From Octopus sinensis (taxonomy: Eukaryota), in NCBI RefSeq assembly GCF_006345805.1, contig NC_043001.1, positions 85,684,001-85,748,000 on the forward strand: 64,000 nt of DNA. Direction: 5' to 3'. Positions 52,871-64,000 of this stretch are shown here, one piece after another. The stretch's first letter is position 1. Each line of letters opens with the position of its first letter. The translations under genes were made by a program, and so were the position numbers. The notes under the pieces are model-generated. The model made no database searches. It worked only from the letters and a program-made list of their open reading frames with translations, and was not told where the DNA came from.

Positions 52871-53370
52871 GGTTTGTATCCCACTTTAAGCTACCACTGC
52901 ATTTGCAACTTTTCATTCACCCCACAAGACCCCTTTGAATGAACAGCACATGGAGTCTACGTCTCCAGACTTTCAATTTGTGATGACAAAATATCAACTC
53001 CTATTGGAATTTACACACCACAGGCAAGAAGCATTTCTACGACTTCTACACATCGATTACTTTGGATAATGGAACTACAACTATAAATTATTTATATAAT
53101 TTTATTTTTATTTCTAAATTCATTCTCCCATTTAAGTTAAGTTAAGTTAATTTTTTGGCTCAAAAAGCAAAAAGCAAGGCCATGTAGGGGGACATAGAGT
53201 TATGTACAGGGTGGTGTTCATGCAATGAGTTCAGGCCATTTGTGGTCAAGAGAGACTTTGAACCGAGCGGTCGTCAGCATCTTCACTATATACCCCTTAT
53301 TTGTTTCCTTTTCCAAAATAATTCCATATATCGAATTCTAATATTTGCTTCTACTTAACCATCTCACATC

Positions 53371-53418
53371 GCCTCTGATGAAGGCATATCTCTAGTATCC
53401 CAGAAACAGCTGTAAGAC
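53371..53418 (+). ncRNA. Type I hammerhead-ribozyme-like motif (PLE-associated)
   Basis: gcct-CTGATGA-a-GGcATA-tctctag-TATcCC-a-GAAA-CAGCTG-TA-agac; palindromic stem III; GUA triplet. Confidence 0.65.
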
Positions 53419-53497
53419 TAACTTTCTCTTTATAAATGTCCTGAAAATACAACACACCCTTGGCTTTGCTGTCTCATTTTACTCATTTTATTTAATA

Positions 53498-53584
<87 letters not shown>

Positions 53585-54133
53585 GATAAAGGAAACGGAA
53601 GATGGATTTGTTTCGAATCTTTAACACGACTGTCGTTTCGACACATCCTGTATCTGTTCCATTGGATAATGTGCATCTGGTAGGGCTGCCTCAATCAGTG
53701 CAGGCTGTGGCAATTCAGGTGCTTGGTGTACAAGAATATACCACTAGATATACTGAAATCTCCTTGGTGTGTTTCTCCGGCTACTTATACATTGGTACAC
53801 TGACAGAGCGTTGCTATTGGAGGTGGCAATAGTTGACGGTGAATATATCAATTCCATCTTTCTTTTTGCTTTATCAACTATAAACTCGACTAACACTGCA
53901 GATTTCCTGAGGTAGATCCATTTAAAATCATATCGTTAGTGTGGATGACATCAGGTAGCCCAAACGATGGATGTGCATTAATCGACATGCTTATAGGCAT
54001 ACACCTTAAGTCCAAATAGATACACACACACACACACACGCACACACATACACACACACACACATTCAAGCTTCCAGTGGCTGAGAATAAGCATTGCGCT
54101 TTGTAACTGGGATTTAAATCAAGATGTGGTGAT

Positions 54134-54176
<43 letters not shown>

Positions 54177-54448
54177 TAAAAAATTTAAAATAGGATAAAA
54201 TATTTATAATAATTTATCAAGTAGTCAGCGTGAAAAACCTCATAAGGGAAACATTTTTAATTATTCTCTTTAAATATATTTATTTATATTCAGGGCATAA
54301 CTCTACATAAAGACCTCACCCCATAAGGGACTACCGTAATAATACACTATGTTTATTATGGTAGTTTTGACATTAAGAGTTTCTCTTTGTGTATAGTAAT
54401 GCCCTTAATAGAAATATATATGCGTATGTGTGCGTGTGTATACATATG

Positions 54449-54480
<32 letters not shown>

Positions 54481-54700
54481 GATGATGATGATGATGATGA
54501 TGATGATCATGATGATATATTGAGCAAAAAGAAAATGAGGGGATACAAAAATGACATACATCAGCCGGAAGACATTCTATTAAGTCTATTCCAAAACAAA
54601 AGTGAGTATTATAAGAATACGTACACATGGAAAGACTGTATGCTACACAAATATATACTGGTAATGCATAAAATAGTAAAGGATGTATTAAAAGATCAGT

Positions 54701-54826
54701 TCCTAACGACCGTTTCTGCCAAGAGTCCGCGAAATCCTCCATGCTAGCTCCATCTCTTCAGTGTTCTGTAGGGATGGATAGATAGATTTTGGGATGCTGA
54801 GTGTTACTTTAGGCTTCATCAGGGGG
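54701..54826 (-). ncRNA. Hammerhead-like motif with long stem II
   Basis: Minus strand: CTGATGA-a-GCC...(~90 nt)...GGC-a-GAAA-CGGTCG-TT-agga; upstream peptide MIKANLPLVN resembles a GIY-YIG C-terminus. Confidence 0.5.
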
Positions 54827-55133
54827 TCTAAGTGATTAGGAGAGCCGATACATACAAGAGTCAGTTGCTAATAGATACATTTTTCTTGAAGAGGGCATAA
54901 GGAGAATAGGAGCATAAGGATAATAATAATAATACTAACACTACTAACAATACTACGAATATTGTTGATATGATACGAAAAAGGAGGAACGCTAGTGCCA
55001 GTGGGGATTAAATAATAAGTGCTAGTGGTATTTAGAAAAAGTATGCTTAACTTTACGCAGGCAGGGCCGTTTCTCTCTTTAAGTGAATTAACAAGCGGAA
55101 GGTTGGCTTTAATCATGATTCCAGTCTTCCACT

Positions 55134-55452
55134 GGAACTTAATTTATCGACCCCGAAAGGATGAAATACCTATTTCTTTATTACCCACAAGGGGCTAAAC
55201 ATAGAGGGGACAAACAAGGACAGACATAGGTATTAAGTCGATTACATCGACCCCAGTGCGTAACTGGTACTTAATTTATCGACCCCGAAAGGATGAAAGG
55301 CAAAGTCGACCTCGGCGGAATTTGAACTCACAACGTAACGGCAGGCGAAATACCGCTAAGCATTTCGCCCGGCGTGCTAACGTTCCTGCCAGCTTGCGAA
55401 ATACCATTAAGCATTTCACCTGGCGTGCTAACAATTCTACCAGCTTGCCGCC
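55134..55452 (-). mobile_element. tRNA-derived SINE, family 2, with duplicated head
   Basis: GGCGGC.AGCTGG.AGAA..GTTAGCACGCC...GAGTTCAAATTCCGCCGAGGTCGACTTTGCCTTTCATCCTTTCGGGGTCGATAAA; other copies at about 2665-3070 (two), 16370-16530, 18120-18270, 32192-32420, 35550-35768, 44165-44381, 56930-57590 (three). Confidence 0.85.
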
Positions 55453-55487
55453 ATGTATGCTTGTATATATATATATATACATAAGTA

Positions 55488-55641
55488 TAGGTGTAGGTGG
55501 TAAGAAGAGTCAGAAGCTTGCTTTCCAACTGCATGGTTTCCGTTTAAGTCCCCTGCGTGGCTCCTTGTGTGTCTTCTACTCTAGCCTCGAGCCAACTGAA
55601 GCGGATTTGGTAAACTGAAACAGAAAAGGCCATTCGTGTGG

Positions 55642-55675
<34 letters not shown>

Positions 55676-55913
55676 CTGTGTGTTTGTGTATGTGTGCGTT
55701 TGTGTTTATCTTCATGTCCCCGCTTGACAACAGCTGTTGGTGTGTTTACTTACGGTAGTGTGTTTAATTTAGTGGTTCGCTAAAAAATACAGATAGAATA
55801 AGTACTGTGCTTTAAAAAATAACTCCTGAGGTCAGTTCATTTGACTAAACCCTGCATTGTGGTGCTCCAGTATGGCTGCAGTCAAATGATTGAAACAAAT
55901 AAAAGTATAAAAG

Positions 55914-55915
<2 letters not shown>
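55488..55915 (+). mobile_element. tRNA-derived SINE, family 3, with internal (TG)n tract
   Basis: Head ...GTCCC.TGCGTGGC.CCTTG..TGTCTTCTACT.TAGCCTCG, internal microsatellite, tail CGCTTGACAAC...GATAGAATAAGTACT...GCTCCAG.ATGGC.GCAGTCAAATGA; other copies at 47885-48280 (-), 32985-33370 (-), 50830-51140 (-), 59080-59560 (+), 63760-63962 (+). Confidence 0.78.
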
Positions 55916-55957
<42 letters not shown>

Positions 55958-58559
55958 GACAACTGGTGAAGGGGAATATTCTTTGTGTTGCATGTCTCGT
56001 ATCTCTGTTTTTTCCGTTGTTCGAAAAAAAGTTCGTTTTCTATGTTTTTGTATTTATGTTTTCGTTTCTCATTCTGTTCCACATTTTTTTATGTCCTGTA
56101 CCCATATAGACATGCATATATACATATATATGTTATTATGTACATATATGCATGTATATATGCATATATTTATGTATAACTTATATTATTATATCATCGA
56201 ACACCACGCATACTTTTCCAAGTAAGTTTTACATATATATATATATATATATATGCACATGCGCGCAAATATGCACATATAGAGATGCATACATACGCGC
56301 AAACACTCAGACATACGCACACACACACACACATGTACACACACACTCACACACACACTCACATATATACATACATATAAATACACATATCCATTTGCTT
56401 TGCTACCTTTTTTGTTAATTATTGTTTACTACTTCTCTCTGTTTGCCTCCCACACTCTGTCCCAATCTCTCTCCTTCTCACTCTCTCTTTCTCTCACTCT
56501 CTCTTTCTTTTCAACGCTCTCTCCCCACTTACGCTCCCTAACACCCTCTCTCTCTCTCTCTCTCTCACTCTATGTATCCTTATTGATATAGTTTCTTAGT
56601 CTCTTGTCTTTCCTGGCTCACCTATTCAATACACCTAATGATTTGTTCTCAGTGACTTTGTTAACAAGCCGTCACGTCATACTTGATGGTTAACGATTCC
56701 TCTTTTAGTGTTAATTAGTACTCCACTATAGATTATCATTATTATAATGTCACCGCTACGTTGCACACCAGTTTGGATAACAAAAAAAAGGTAAAAAGCA
56801 AATTCCCTGGTTATTCAGTTTTGTTAGCATTAATTCACTAATCTAACGGTTTCGTTTACTGTAATATTCATCAACGATAACTAAATTGTTTCTTTGTACG
56901 AAGGGCAAACCATCTGAAATTTTGATGAGGGTAGCAAGTCAATTATATCGACCCCGATGCTCAACTGGTACTCTATTTTGACGACCCTAAAAGGTTAAAA
57001 ATGTGAAAATCAAATTCGACCTCACCGGCATTTGAACTCAGAACGTAAAGAGCCTGTAGAAATGCTGGTAAACGTTTTGATCGGTACTTTCCCGATTCTG
57101 CTAGCTCGCCGACTATCATTTACTAAATGATGGATTTCAAGTTTTGGCAAAAAGCTAGCAATTTAGGTGGAGGGATAATTCGGTTACATCGCCCCTAGTG
57201 CTCAGCTGGTACTTATTTTATCATTACCGATAAGATGAAAGGCAAATCGACCTTGGGTGGATTTGATCTCAGAATTGAAAGACGGACGAAATGACACTAA
57301 GCACATTGCCCGGAGTGCTCACCGTTTTGATACCACGTCGCTTTTGGTTTACTATGAAGAACTATGTAGTTATGGCTTAGTAAGGTGTCGTGAAGATGGA
57401 ATCGTTACCGCGTCGAAAAAGTGTTTAGTGTCACATTTCGCAGCTCTAAACATTTTGAGTTTAAAACACGGTGCAGCTAACATTGCCTTTCGTCCTTTCG
57501 GGGTCGATAAAATTAGTGCTCGTCAAGTAGGTGGGTCGATGTAACCGATTTGCTACCCATCAAAACATCTGAAGCCTTATTCCTATTGTAAAAATTACAC
57601 ATATAACACACAGTTTGTCGTGTCATTAATCTAGCATAGGTTCATTACCCATTACAACGATTTTTGGTAGTTCTGATACGATTGGCTTCCCTGGTGTTTG
57701 ACCATAGTATTTAACACGGCCATTTCATATTATTCAAAATCTAAGCTGATCACACATATCACATTTTGAAACAACTATTTCAAGGTGACGCAGTTAGCTA
57801 CGATTGACATATTGGTATGCAATATGATTTTCCCCCTTACTATATCTATTCTATTGGACTGAGCAGTTTGATTAGTCTGAATACTAAAATCCCAAATAAT
57901 AGAGATTTCTTAATTTTCTTCTAATTTTCGCAGGCTTATTTTCCTAACTGTTCTCATATGTGTGATGATATATTACCTACTGTAAATAAAAAGTCTATCA
58001 CAGCGATTAGTATTCTTATTTGAGGTCAATATATGATTGTGTGTGACTGTGTATTTAATTTACTTTCGTCTTAAATTGATATCGTGTGACTATTGTATAC
58101 GACAGTCACACTCATATATTCGGTGCCATTCATCTCTAATCTTCCGTGAAAAAATATCTGGGCAGGGGAAAATATTACCTTACTACGAAAGAGGTCGGAG
58201 TTGGCGACGAAAAAGCATCCACCCATAGAGATTTCCTATGTGTATGTATGTATGTATGTATGTATGTATGTATGTATGTATGTATGTATGTATGTCATTA
58301 AGTTTTATTTCAAGATTTCTTGCCAATATAGAAAGAGTCGGTTTCTACCCTAAATCGAAGGCTCCTTCACTGGAATTTGAGCATCAACAACAGAGTATGT
58401 ATGTATGTATGTATGTATGTATGTATGTATGAATGTATGTATGTATGTATTATGTATGTATGTATGTATGTATGTATGTACATATTTATACGTGCAGATT
58501 TGTATGTTTTGGTTTATGTATTTTCATGTATATAATTGCATATCTAGACATGCTCATAT

Positions 58560-58870
58560 ATGATTAAATGATAAACATCTGGAGAGTTTGACAGTGATGC
58601 CTTGGGTATGTAGTCTTCACATCAGCTTTCTCCTTCCTGGATTTGAGAAGCCTAATTTCTCAAGATTAGAATTTAGACAGTGTATTACATATCCCGGTGA
58701 TCCAATAATTACAGGTATAAACCTGAACTTGTAATCTGGACAGAGTACTGCAGGTTTCTCAATAGTTCAGTCTAGGTATTCTCTTTTTCACTGATCTTCA
58801 GCTTTATGTCAACATCTGCTGGGCAGCTGATTTCCACAAATAGGCAGTTTCTCTTCTCCATTTCATTCAT
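58560..58870 (-). mobile_element. Non-LTR retrotransposon fragment with restriction-like endonuclease C-terminus (R2/R4-like)
   Basis: EKRNCLFVEISCPAD..I..KI.EKE followed by ELLRNLQ and, in another frame, FRFIPVIIG. Confidence 0.6.
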
Positions 58871-59194
58871 TATATTACTATATCCTAAATCATCATATCT
58901 TTTGTGTTTACATATTAAGATTTTCACTGGGACATTCCACGGCTTTGTGCCATATATGTATGTAAGCACGTATGTGTGTCATTACGTAAGCATGTATGTA
59001 CGTGTGTATGTATGTAGATATGTATATATGGGTGTATGTATGTATGTAAGTATGTATGCGTGTATGTATGTATGCATAAGCGCAGGCATGGCCGTATGGC
59101 TAAATGATTGCTTCCCAATGGTTAGATGATTGATTGAATGACTGATAGCTAGCTAGCTAGCTAGCTAGATAGATAGATAGATAGATAGATAGAC

Positions 59195-59235
<41 letters not shown>

Positions 59236-59270
59236 GGCAGACAGGCAGTCAGACAGACAGACAGACATAC

Positions 59271-59352
<82 letters not shown>

Positions 59353-59829
59353 ATTCATGTCTGTGTGTTTTGTGTTTTGTGTTTGCTGCCAGCCCTAAAT
59401 ACACACCGCTTGACAACCGATGCTGGTTAATTTACGTGCACAGTTCGACAAAGTAGGCGACAAAATATGTACCAGGCTTAAAATTAATTACTAAAATTCC
59501 CTTCAATGTCATGCTATAGCAAGGTTGAAATCCAATGACTGGAAAAGGCAAAAAGTAAAATAGATATGTGTGAGTGTGTGTATGTGTGTGTGCTTGTGTG
59601 TGTTTGTGTGCATATGTATATATGTGCATAAATATATGTACTCATATATACACACATACAAACATACGGATATAAGTTGTGTACAAAGGAAGAGAAGACA
59701 CTCAATATATAATGTAGACCTTATATGTAAACTATTCTTGATTCTTTTTGTGCTTTATAATGTAACACACTCAACGGTAAAATTTCCACTTATTACTTAT
59801 TTTTATTATTTCCAGTTATTTCTTATTTT

Positions 59830-59899
<70 letters not shown>

Positions 59900-61148
59900 T
59901 AAAAATAAGAAATAAGTGGAAATATTACTGGTGAGCCTGTTACATTATAAGGCACAAAAAGAAAATGACTCTCCCCTGACACAACAGAATATGCTTCAAC
60001 ACACGAAATCATATAAAGAGTCTTGCAAATCAAATCCAAAAACGAAATATTCTTGATTCATTATGTTGTTATTCAGAACTTTGCATTACATATGCTTGTT
60101 CAGGCATCGTCATCCCCTTCAATAAATATGAAAATTATTAAAGGGGATTGAAGTGTCTATTAGAAGCCAAAGAAATTGCTAATACTCTGCAACTTTCTGA
60201 TGTGACAACGAAGTAGAGCTGTGTGGAAAAACTAACTTTTGATAATCGTAGCCTGTTAGTTTTGTCGTCTCCAAGTGAATAGCAGTGTTCGGAAAAGTAA
60301 TTCGCCTTTGTATCGACACACATATAGTATCTCAAATTTCTTGTTCTACGATAATGCCGATTTTACGAGGATTTCGATTGTTTCAGCTTACATTCTCGTG
60401 CTCTGTTACATTAATCTTTCTGTACTCTATGTAACTGTTTAATAGGACATTCCTTATCTGCAGTTCGTTTATTTGGAAATTACACCAAACAAACTTCTGT
60501 GTTTATCTTTGTCCCTCAATATGCAAGCGATGGTTGTATTAGTTTATAAAATTTCTGGCTGTAATTTCCGTATTACCCTCCTTACTATGATCATAGTGTA
60601 TTTTGCATAGTCTAAATATCATTGTTTTAGGGAGATGTGTATTTTTGGTTATACAGATTAATCTGTGTGATGCAAACTATATTCTATTTTGTTTTTGTTT
60701 TATTTTTGATTTTTTTTTGTTTCTATTTGCTTTTAGTTACACTCTGAAATTTATAAAGCAAGGCTTTCCAGACAATAGTAACAGATATTTGCGTTATATT
60801 TATTGAAATTTATTGAAGGGATTGCTGTATTTATCCATTAATAGGAAACGGTATCTCAATAAGGATAAAAATAAATATTTATATATAGAATAAAGAGATG
60901 ACAATTCAAACAGTTGAACCGATGAGTTGTCTTTCGCTGGCAATTAATACATGAGTAATTGCATTGCATCAGCCTATCAAAAAGAGAAAGAACGCAAAAC
61001 GAAGAGACTGGCTCTTAAATTGGCTTAATGTGATTCTTTTATACATTAATGTCTTCAAATATTGTTATACAGAAAATTTTACGTCGTTCTCAAAGGTAAT
61101 CTAACAAAAGGTAAAAGTGAACAAAGGCATTACATTCTCTTTCTTCCT

Positions 61149-61195
<47 letters not shown>

Positions 61196-61555
61196 TATCT
61201 TTATTTCTCTCTTTAATTCAGCAAATCCCTGGAAGAGTTGAAAATGATGGAATGTGTACTTGACCTAGAAACGTCATACAACGTTTCATATTTTTTCGAG
61301 GCAAAACAAAGCATACAACACACAAGATATAATTCACATAACGTGCCGCCATCTTGCATTTTGCTTTAACAACTAAGATATCTGCTGTATTCAAATCTTT
61401 GGATACTGGCCGGAAACCTCGATACAGAAATAATTGTAATTCTTAAGTGTCTGTGTAAGGGAGTACATTTATGTATGTATACCTGTATACCTTTGTATGT
61501 TGAACAATAGTACATATAATATCTGGCTATCTACTTCTGCATCTTTCTCTCAATC

Positions 61556-61629
<74 letters not shown>

Positions 61630-64000
61630 CATACATATGTATCTCATTGTATCTGTACACACACTCACACACACAAACACATATACGCAAAGCGAGGGAG
61701 AGAGGGAGAAAGAGAGAAAGAGAGAGAGGGGAGGGAGATGGGGAGAGATTTTGCGAAGGAATATTTTGTGATTCAACATATGCTTCAGTATAAATGTTGC
61801 TGTTATTGCGGCTCGAATTTTTTCAAGCTAAAGTTAAACAGTTTTCAGAATCTAGCCCGTATCATAAAATTATGGACAGACACATGGATAAACTGGCGTA
61901 TTCTACGATGCCAAATACTGTAGAGTATGTAGCAAGATTTAGCCGTAATAAATTTAGCTATAAAACTTATTGCAGCTTACCTATCACTCTTAGCCACATA
62001 CGAGGACACCAAAACAACATCTACAGCAAATAATCAACAAACTGATGTACCTGATTCCCATAATAGTAATATCAATGATATTCAATAATATCCAATAAAA
62101 GTAATATAAATGATATTCAATAGTAATATCAATGATATTCAATATTAATATCAATGAACCTATCTTATTTAACTAATACTTACTAATACCTTTCATAATG
62201 TAACTGTTGTAATAAATCACTGTGTCTCATTAATAATTACTTTCTTAGGAAAAAAAATAGCGTTAAGTGCTCTATTCGTGCTCAGGGTGACGAACGTGTT
62301 TACATTGGTACATTCTGTGCCTCATTCAAACATCGATGGAATAATCATAAATCTACATTTAAGCATAAAGATAAGGCTGATAGTATATCTCTAGCTAAAT
62401 TAGTACATTCTCTCACTGATGATAGTATTGGCTTTAAAATTGTTTGGTCAGCATGATGAAATCGTTCGTGTGTGCTAACTATACCTTAAACTATACTTAA
62501 TTATTACACCTACACTAATAAACGTTATAACTTTATATAATGAATAATTCCCTACCTCGTTTAACCATAGTTTGATCTCACAATAGTATGTATTACAACA
62601 TATTCAGACTTTTTTTTGTAAAAATACTCTTTGCTTCCTCGTAGATGTATAATGTTCTAGTCGATTATAGCCGTATTTAATACCTGGACATATTTTTTTG
62701 TCATATTATTGAAGTTGTAACATTCCAATGACCACATCGTTCTGTAATTTTACACCGCGAAACTTTAATGTACTACTGACTGCTTCGCTCTTGGATACTG
62801 TTTGTTTTTCATTATTATACATGATTCATTACATTATTTGTATAATCCAGATGGCAGATTCAATATAATAGAAGTAATTATCTTTTATCATTATGGACCG
62901 GTTATATGTTTATATGAATATGCTTGTATATGAGTCTGCATACATATTAGTTGTATTACGATGCGTTTATGTAAATATTTGTTTGTATTTGTATGTCTAA
63001 GGCAAAGCAAATTTATTCCTTAGTTCTATAATGAACTTGCTTTTGATATGCTGATACGCGTCTGGGAGGAATTCTTTTATCACATTGATATTGCCCGTGC
63101 TGCAGGTGGTGGCCACATTGAACATTTGTAAGACAGAAAATAAAAGTTGATTGTTACTTAGATGGAGTTTTATATTGCTCATCCTTTCTAAAATATTGCG
63201 TAATGAAATCGGTTCATTACTTTTGAATAACCGTATATATATATATATTAGAAAGTTTGGAGATGATGTACAGGTATTTTATATTAGAAGAAATGAAGTA
63301 CTCAGAAATTCGGATGGTTTTATATATACAGATATTTATTTGTATATTATCATATATCATTTATCATATATTAGCGCTTTCGTCCATTCTAGTGGAAGTT
63401 TCAAATTGAACTATAAGTGTATATATATATATATACACTTATACACTTACACGATATAAATTTGCACATTTCAATATGAATTTGTTTACATGTATATATT
63501 TCTGTGTATGTCTATGTTCATTTATAGAAAAATCTATGCATGTACATGTATATGTGCGGGAGTTTTTTTTTTCTGCATTTATATATGTGTACGGGCATAT
63601 GTGCACGTGATGTGCATAACTGTGTGCAGCTGAATATGTTTGTATGTGTGTCTGCAGAGGCATCTTCTTGAGTGTATGTATTTATATGTACATCTATATG
63701 TATGCATATCTGTCCCTTGGTATATTATACATTTACAGGCTGTGTGTGTGTGTGTGTGTGTCTTTTTGTCTGTGTTTATCTCCCAGCGATCGCTTGACAA
63801 CAGATGTTGGTGTGTTTATGTCACTGAAACATAGCGGTTCGGCATAAGAGACGGATAGAATAAGTGCTACATTTACAAAGAACGGGTTCTGGGGTCGAAT
63901 TGTTCGACAAAGGGTGATGCCTAACATGGCCACAGTCAAATGACCCAAAACGTGAAAAGAGTATATATATCCGATTCCATACATTTATATGTATATGCAT

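Noticed and set aside
62040-62160. Short repeated AGTAATATCAATGATATTCAAT units as a CRISPR-like array
   Set aside because: Eukaryotic context, no unique spacers; it is a small AT-rich minisatellite.
49700-64000. Exons of a third S-crystallin or GST paralog (also searched 1-7900 and 20500-38200)
   Set aside because: I found no matches to any of the six exon sequences by eye on either strand.

Overview
AT-rich, microsatellite- and SINE-dense animal genomic DNA, almost certainly from an octopus (Octopus sp.). The window holds two complete, tandem, minus-strand six-exon S-crystallin genes (lens crystallins derived from sigma-class glutathione S-transferase). Gene A has CDS join 19132-19000, 14558-14463, 12754-12639, 11023-10994, 9509-9402, 8337-8173. 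Gene B has CDS join 48604-48472, 43889-43794, 41907-41792, 40871-40842, 40207-40100, 38879-38715. Each encodes 215 aa, with about 88% identity between them, and each has a TATA box and a candidate poly(A) signal. Almost every ORF in the supplied track is a microsatellite or repeat artefact. The rest of the window is tRNA-derived SINEs, Tc1/mariner relics, a MITE, an REL-endonuclease LINE fragment and Penelope-like element (PLE) remnants. Four non-obvious signals stand out. (1) About ten hammerhead-ribozyme-like motifs of several subfamilies, mostly at PLE ends, including one sense-oriented in a crystallin intron, one back-to-back pair and one tandem pair. (2) A ~460-nt intergenic inverted repeat whose arm differences strongly favour G-U pairs on the + strand. 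(3) A marked 5'-to-3' divergence gradient between the two crystallin paralogs. (4) Two near-perfect tandem duplications of 493 and 652 bp. All alignments and folds were done by eye.
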